53,236 nucleotides of DNA from Octopus bimaculoides (taxonomy: Eukaryota). A program made the translations under genes and the position numbers. The notes below the pieces were generated by a model. It was not told the origin of the DNA and searched no databases. It was given only the letters and a program-made list of their open reading frames with translations. Positions 49,101 to 53,236 of the stretch are shown here, piece after piece; the stretch's first letter is position 1, and every line of letters begins with the position of its first letter. The stretch covers positions 97,206,386-97,259,621 of the forward strand of contig NC_068987.1 of NCBI RefSeq assembly GCF_001194135.2, read 5' to 3'.

Positions 49101-49564
49101 TTACCAATATATAGATATTTGTATCTATATATATATATATATATATGAATGTATGTAGGATATATGTGTTTATTTTGCATGTTTTGCAGATTTATGCGTA
49201 CATTATGGTGCCAGTGTTTGTATATAACTATGTGGTGTATGATCGCTGATGTATATCTCCTGGCGTGTATTTGTGTATATGCATGCAACTCTATGTACTT
49301 GCGTGTTTGTGCATGCATATGCATATATATATNNNNNNNNNNNNNNNNNNNNNNNNNNNNNNNNNNNNNNNNNNNNNNNNNNNNNNNNNNNNNNNNNNNN
49401 NNNNNNNNNNNNNNNNNNNNNNNNNNNNNNNNNNNNNNNNNNNNNNNNNNNNNNNNNNNNNNNNNNNNNNNNNNNNNNNNNNNNNNNNNNNNNNNNNNNN
49501 NNNNNNNNNNNNNNNNNNNNNNNNNNNNNNNNNNNNNNNNNNNNNNNNNNNNNNNNNNNNNNNN

Positions 49565-49616
<52 letters not shown>

Positions 49617-49737
49617 GATGTATATATTTATATGATATCTGTATATGTATATATATACACACACACACGCACATATATATGTATATGTGTGTATGTTTGT
49701 ATATATATGTATGTATGTATGCATGTATGTATGTACG

Positions 49738-49771
<34 letters not shown>

Positions 49772-50292
49772 TGTATGTATGTACGTATGTATGTATCGGC
49801 GATCTAATTCGAACTACGTGTTCAGCAACAATATGTATTTAACAAAGAATAAAGAACATAAACAAAAACAACAGCAAAAGAACGAGCAAAAACAACAACA
49901 ACAACGAAAAAAAAATACAAAACAAAAGCAAAGACAGGTGAAGAATAAAGCAGAAGGAAAAAAGAGAAGATTCCAGAAGGAATTCCTTCTTTTTGTCTAT
50001 CGAAACCTGTCTCACTACACACGCACCTGTCCAAACATCTGAAATACCTCACGGAATGCAATTACGAATGTCGCATAGAGACTATATTTTTTTTCATAGA
50101 TTTGTTTTTTGCCTGTGTGTCTGAGTGCCTGCCGTCTGTATGACTGACTGCCTGGCTGGCTCCATTTTTATTCTTGCTTTTACTGTTTTTACTGCTTTCA
50201 ATCAGACCTTCATCATTTTGTAAGTTTGCGTTAGTTTTGATGGCGACTACAGGACAAGTTCTCCTATGCACACACGCACGCACAACCCCACC

Positions 50293-50349
<57 letters not shown>

Positions 50350-50629
50350 TATGATATGATATATGTTTGAATGATGAGCCTTGTGAGTTTTGAAAATGAG
50401 GATTTAGTTATTCGTTCAACGGAATAGTGAATTAACGTGAAAGTGGATGAGCTTCCTATAGATACATGTATTCTTCACATAATTCCTCTCAAAGTATCGA
50501 CATGTCTGTGGCTACGCCAATAGATACTTGCCCAAGATACAACGAATTAGGAACGAACCTGAGATAGCGTAGTTGCCATCTTCTTCTTAACTATTCAATC
50601 AAACTGCACCAAATATAATATAATCTTTT

Positions 50630-50884
50630 CTGCAATAGGCACAAGGCCTGGAATTTGTGGGGATCGGACAGTCGATTACATCAACTCCAGTATTTAACTG
50701 GTACTTAATTTATCGACCCCAAAAGGATGAAAGGCAAAGTCGACCTCGGTGGAATTTGAACTCATAACGTAGCGGCNNNNNNNNNNAAGTCGACCTCGGT
50801 GGAATTTGAACTCATAACGTAGCGGCAGACGAAATATCGTTAAGCATTTCGCCCGGCGTGCTAACGATTCTACCTGCTCGCCTC
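50630..50884 (-). mobile_element. Nin/Deu-like SINE (tail A) spanning a 10-N gap
   Basis: Family body, with 40 bp duplicated on both sides of the gap. Confidence 0.8.
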
Positions 50885-50885
50885 T

Positions 50886-50998
50886 TTATAATATAATATA
50901 ATATAATATAATATAATATAATATAATATAATATAATATAATATAATATAATATAATATAATATAATATAATATAATATAATATAATATAATATAATA
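50886..50998 (+). repeat. 8-bp (ATATAATA)n tandem repeat
   Basis: Directly visible. Confidence 0.9.
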
Positions 50999-51089
50999 AG
51001 TCCAAATCACTCCGTAAAGAGCGTACGGGTGGTTACTCTGGCGTGTATATATTCCTTCCTGGGCGCCGCCGTCGTAGGATTACACATTT

Positions 51090-51165
51090 TTACCAGCTGA
51101 GGAATGGATACCACTATCTTACGATCATGAGTCCAACACCTTAACCACTAAGTCATGCACCTCTA
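51090..51165 (-). mobile_element. tRNA-like SINE head, same family as 35850
   Basis: Reverse complement reads gcatgacttagtggttaaggtgttggactcatgatcgtaag. Confidence 0.5.
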
Positions 51166-51769
51166 CGATATGCTATAATATAATATAGTATAATAGCATA
51201 TATGGTATGGTATCATATAATATAAAATAATATAAAATGATATAATATTAATATAATTTTTCTTTCCACCTGGTCCTTAGGCACTTTACCAGAGCCAGTG
51301 ATTTTACAAGTATTTATGGCAGGTCTTTTGTCATCCGAGGATAACTTTTTCTATCAGTCTCATAGATCTTGAAATAGGCATCAGAAAAAAAAAAAACATA
51401 GACCATCATAGAAAAAATACTGTGGTTTCTATATAGTTTTACACATTACCCTTATAAAGAGAATGAATAGTTTCTGGATGATACATACAAGAACAAATAT
51501 AAATGGTGCCATAAAGATCAACAGGTCAATAAAATGTAATGAAACTAGACCGGATAAAGTATTCAAATAAAGGGGAGAGTTGATAAAACAACATGTTTGC
51601 TATTCCTGAAATGACTTGTTTTGTCGATGTGAAATACTGTGAAATTTATAAAATAATATGCAATCCCAGTCAGCTAAGAGACCCCAGACTGACAAATACG
51701 AAGATGCCTTATAGTTTAAGAGCCCTTCCCTCATAAAGAAAAGAATTTCCCTTCGGTCCAGTGTTTATC

Positions 51770-51982
51770 TTTCATCTTTTATTTGTTTCAGCTATTGGAC
51801 AGCAGCCATATTAGTGCACCGCCTTGAAGGATTCTAGTCAAACAGATCGACTCCAGTACTTATTCTATCGCTCTCTTTTTGCCGAAACGCTATGATAAAT
51901 ACACTGATACCGGTTGGTGTCGGACAAACACAAACATGAACACACACACATACGCACACACAAACACACACGTGTATGTATG

Positions 51983-52014
<32 letters not shown>

Positions 52015-52054
52015 TATATATGCACCCACAGACAGACACGCACATAATACACAC

Positions 52055-52103
<49 letters not shown>

Positions 52104-52255
52104 GACGAGCTTCTTTCATTTTCTGTCTTCCACTCACAAAGATTTGGTCGGACTGGAGCTATAATAGAAGACACTAGCCTAAGGTGTCCCGCATGGGGAT
52201 AGAAGCCGGAACCATGTGGTTGGGAAACAATCTTCTGACCGTACAGCTATGCCTA
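51770..52255 (-). mobile_element. CORE-like tRNA SINE with expanded internal microsatellite
   Basis: Tail 51770-51930, (CA/TA)n to about 52100, head 52100-52255. Confidence 0.7.
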
Positions 52256-52444
52256 TGTTTATATTTAAAAAAGTAATTTATTTATTCAAGCAATAAAAAT
52301 ATCTTTAGAAAATTTCCACTGATCATTTGGTTATAGAATAAACCCTGGGTTTTAGTTGTAATCTATACCTATAGATTTTATGGTATACATATAGATAATT
52401 TAATTATAGGCTACAGAAATAGGTAGTTAAAAGGCTAAATACTC

Positions 52445-52760
52445 CCTTCGGTCATGAATAACCATGGGATTGCACCTAGAAAGTTACCCTCCGCGGCAGA
52501 AGCCTTGGCAAAGTTGTTTATGGAAGACCAGCAGTCACCTATTCACACCAGCCTCCCCTATCCACGCCACCGATGTTATCCAAGGGAAAAGCAAAGGCCG
52601 ATACAGTTTGGCACCAGTGACGTCACAACTCATTTCTATAGATAAGTTAACTGGAGCAATGTGTCTTGCTCAAGAATATAACACACAGCCTGGTCGGAAA
52701 TCGAACTCACTACTTCATCATTGTGACCCCGAAGCTCTAACCACTGAGCCATGTGCTTTA
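52445..52760 (-). mobile_element. tRNA-derived SINE with a distinct body and tail
   Basis: Reverse complement reads catggctcagtggttagagc...gagttcgatttccgacc...cttgagcaagacac, followed by about 200 bp of non-microsatellite body. Confidence 0.6.
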
Positions 52761-53236
52761 GGTAGTTTAGAACATATTACTAGGTAGTTTGATTGCTGGA
52801 CGCATATATTGATAATTTGGTTATAGACCACTCCTATAAAATTTGTTTAAAGAATATACTCAAAGACGGACCATTATGATGTATAATTGGGCTGTAGAGC
52901 ATACATATAAACAATTTAGTCACAGGTCATATCTATGTTACTGTTTGATTACACAATACACACATAAATAGGCCATAGCGATAGATAATTTGGTTATACA
53001 ATATGCATAGATAATTTAGTTAAATAATATATACATAGATAGGCCAATTGGTAATAATATATAGACATAGTTATATTAAACGACATAACCATAATTAATT
53101 TTGTTATAGGATACACGTATAAGATGTTTGTGTATAATAGGAAATGATGAGCATTAGATTGTTACACACTTATCGTGCATTATATATATATGTATATATG
53201 TCTATATATATATATTAATATATATATATATATATA

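Overview
Eukaryotic, AT-rich, repeat-dense animal scaffold with 16 N-gaps. It contains no prokaryotic-style genes, no CRISPR array and no rRNA. The SINE families resemble those I recall from coleoid cephalopods (probably Octopus); this is an inference, not a database result. Almost all ORFs in the supplied track are microsatellite or gap artefacts. The only well-supported host coding feature is a 76-bp minus-strand exon (11159-11234) encoding (G)NEVGFENEGLDFTQLEDYINNDNS(T). It looks like coding exon 2 of myelin regulatory factor (MYRF), so much of the window is probably MYRF intron. The rest is a layered mobile-element landscape: four or more tRNA-derived SINE families (often in tandem arrays), microsatellite-embedded LINE fragments (Tx1/L1-like and R4/Dong-like), hAT, Merlin-like and Tigger-like non-autonomous DNA transposons, and foldback hairpins. 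Most notable are three distinct Penelope-like terminal repeats carrying minimal hammerhead-ribozyme motifs, one fused behind a tRNA-like Pol III head (a candidate ribozyme-bearing, Penelope-mobilised SINE). There is also a speculative 6-nt phase-compatible microexon upstream of the MYRF exon.
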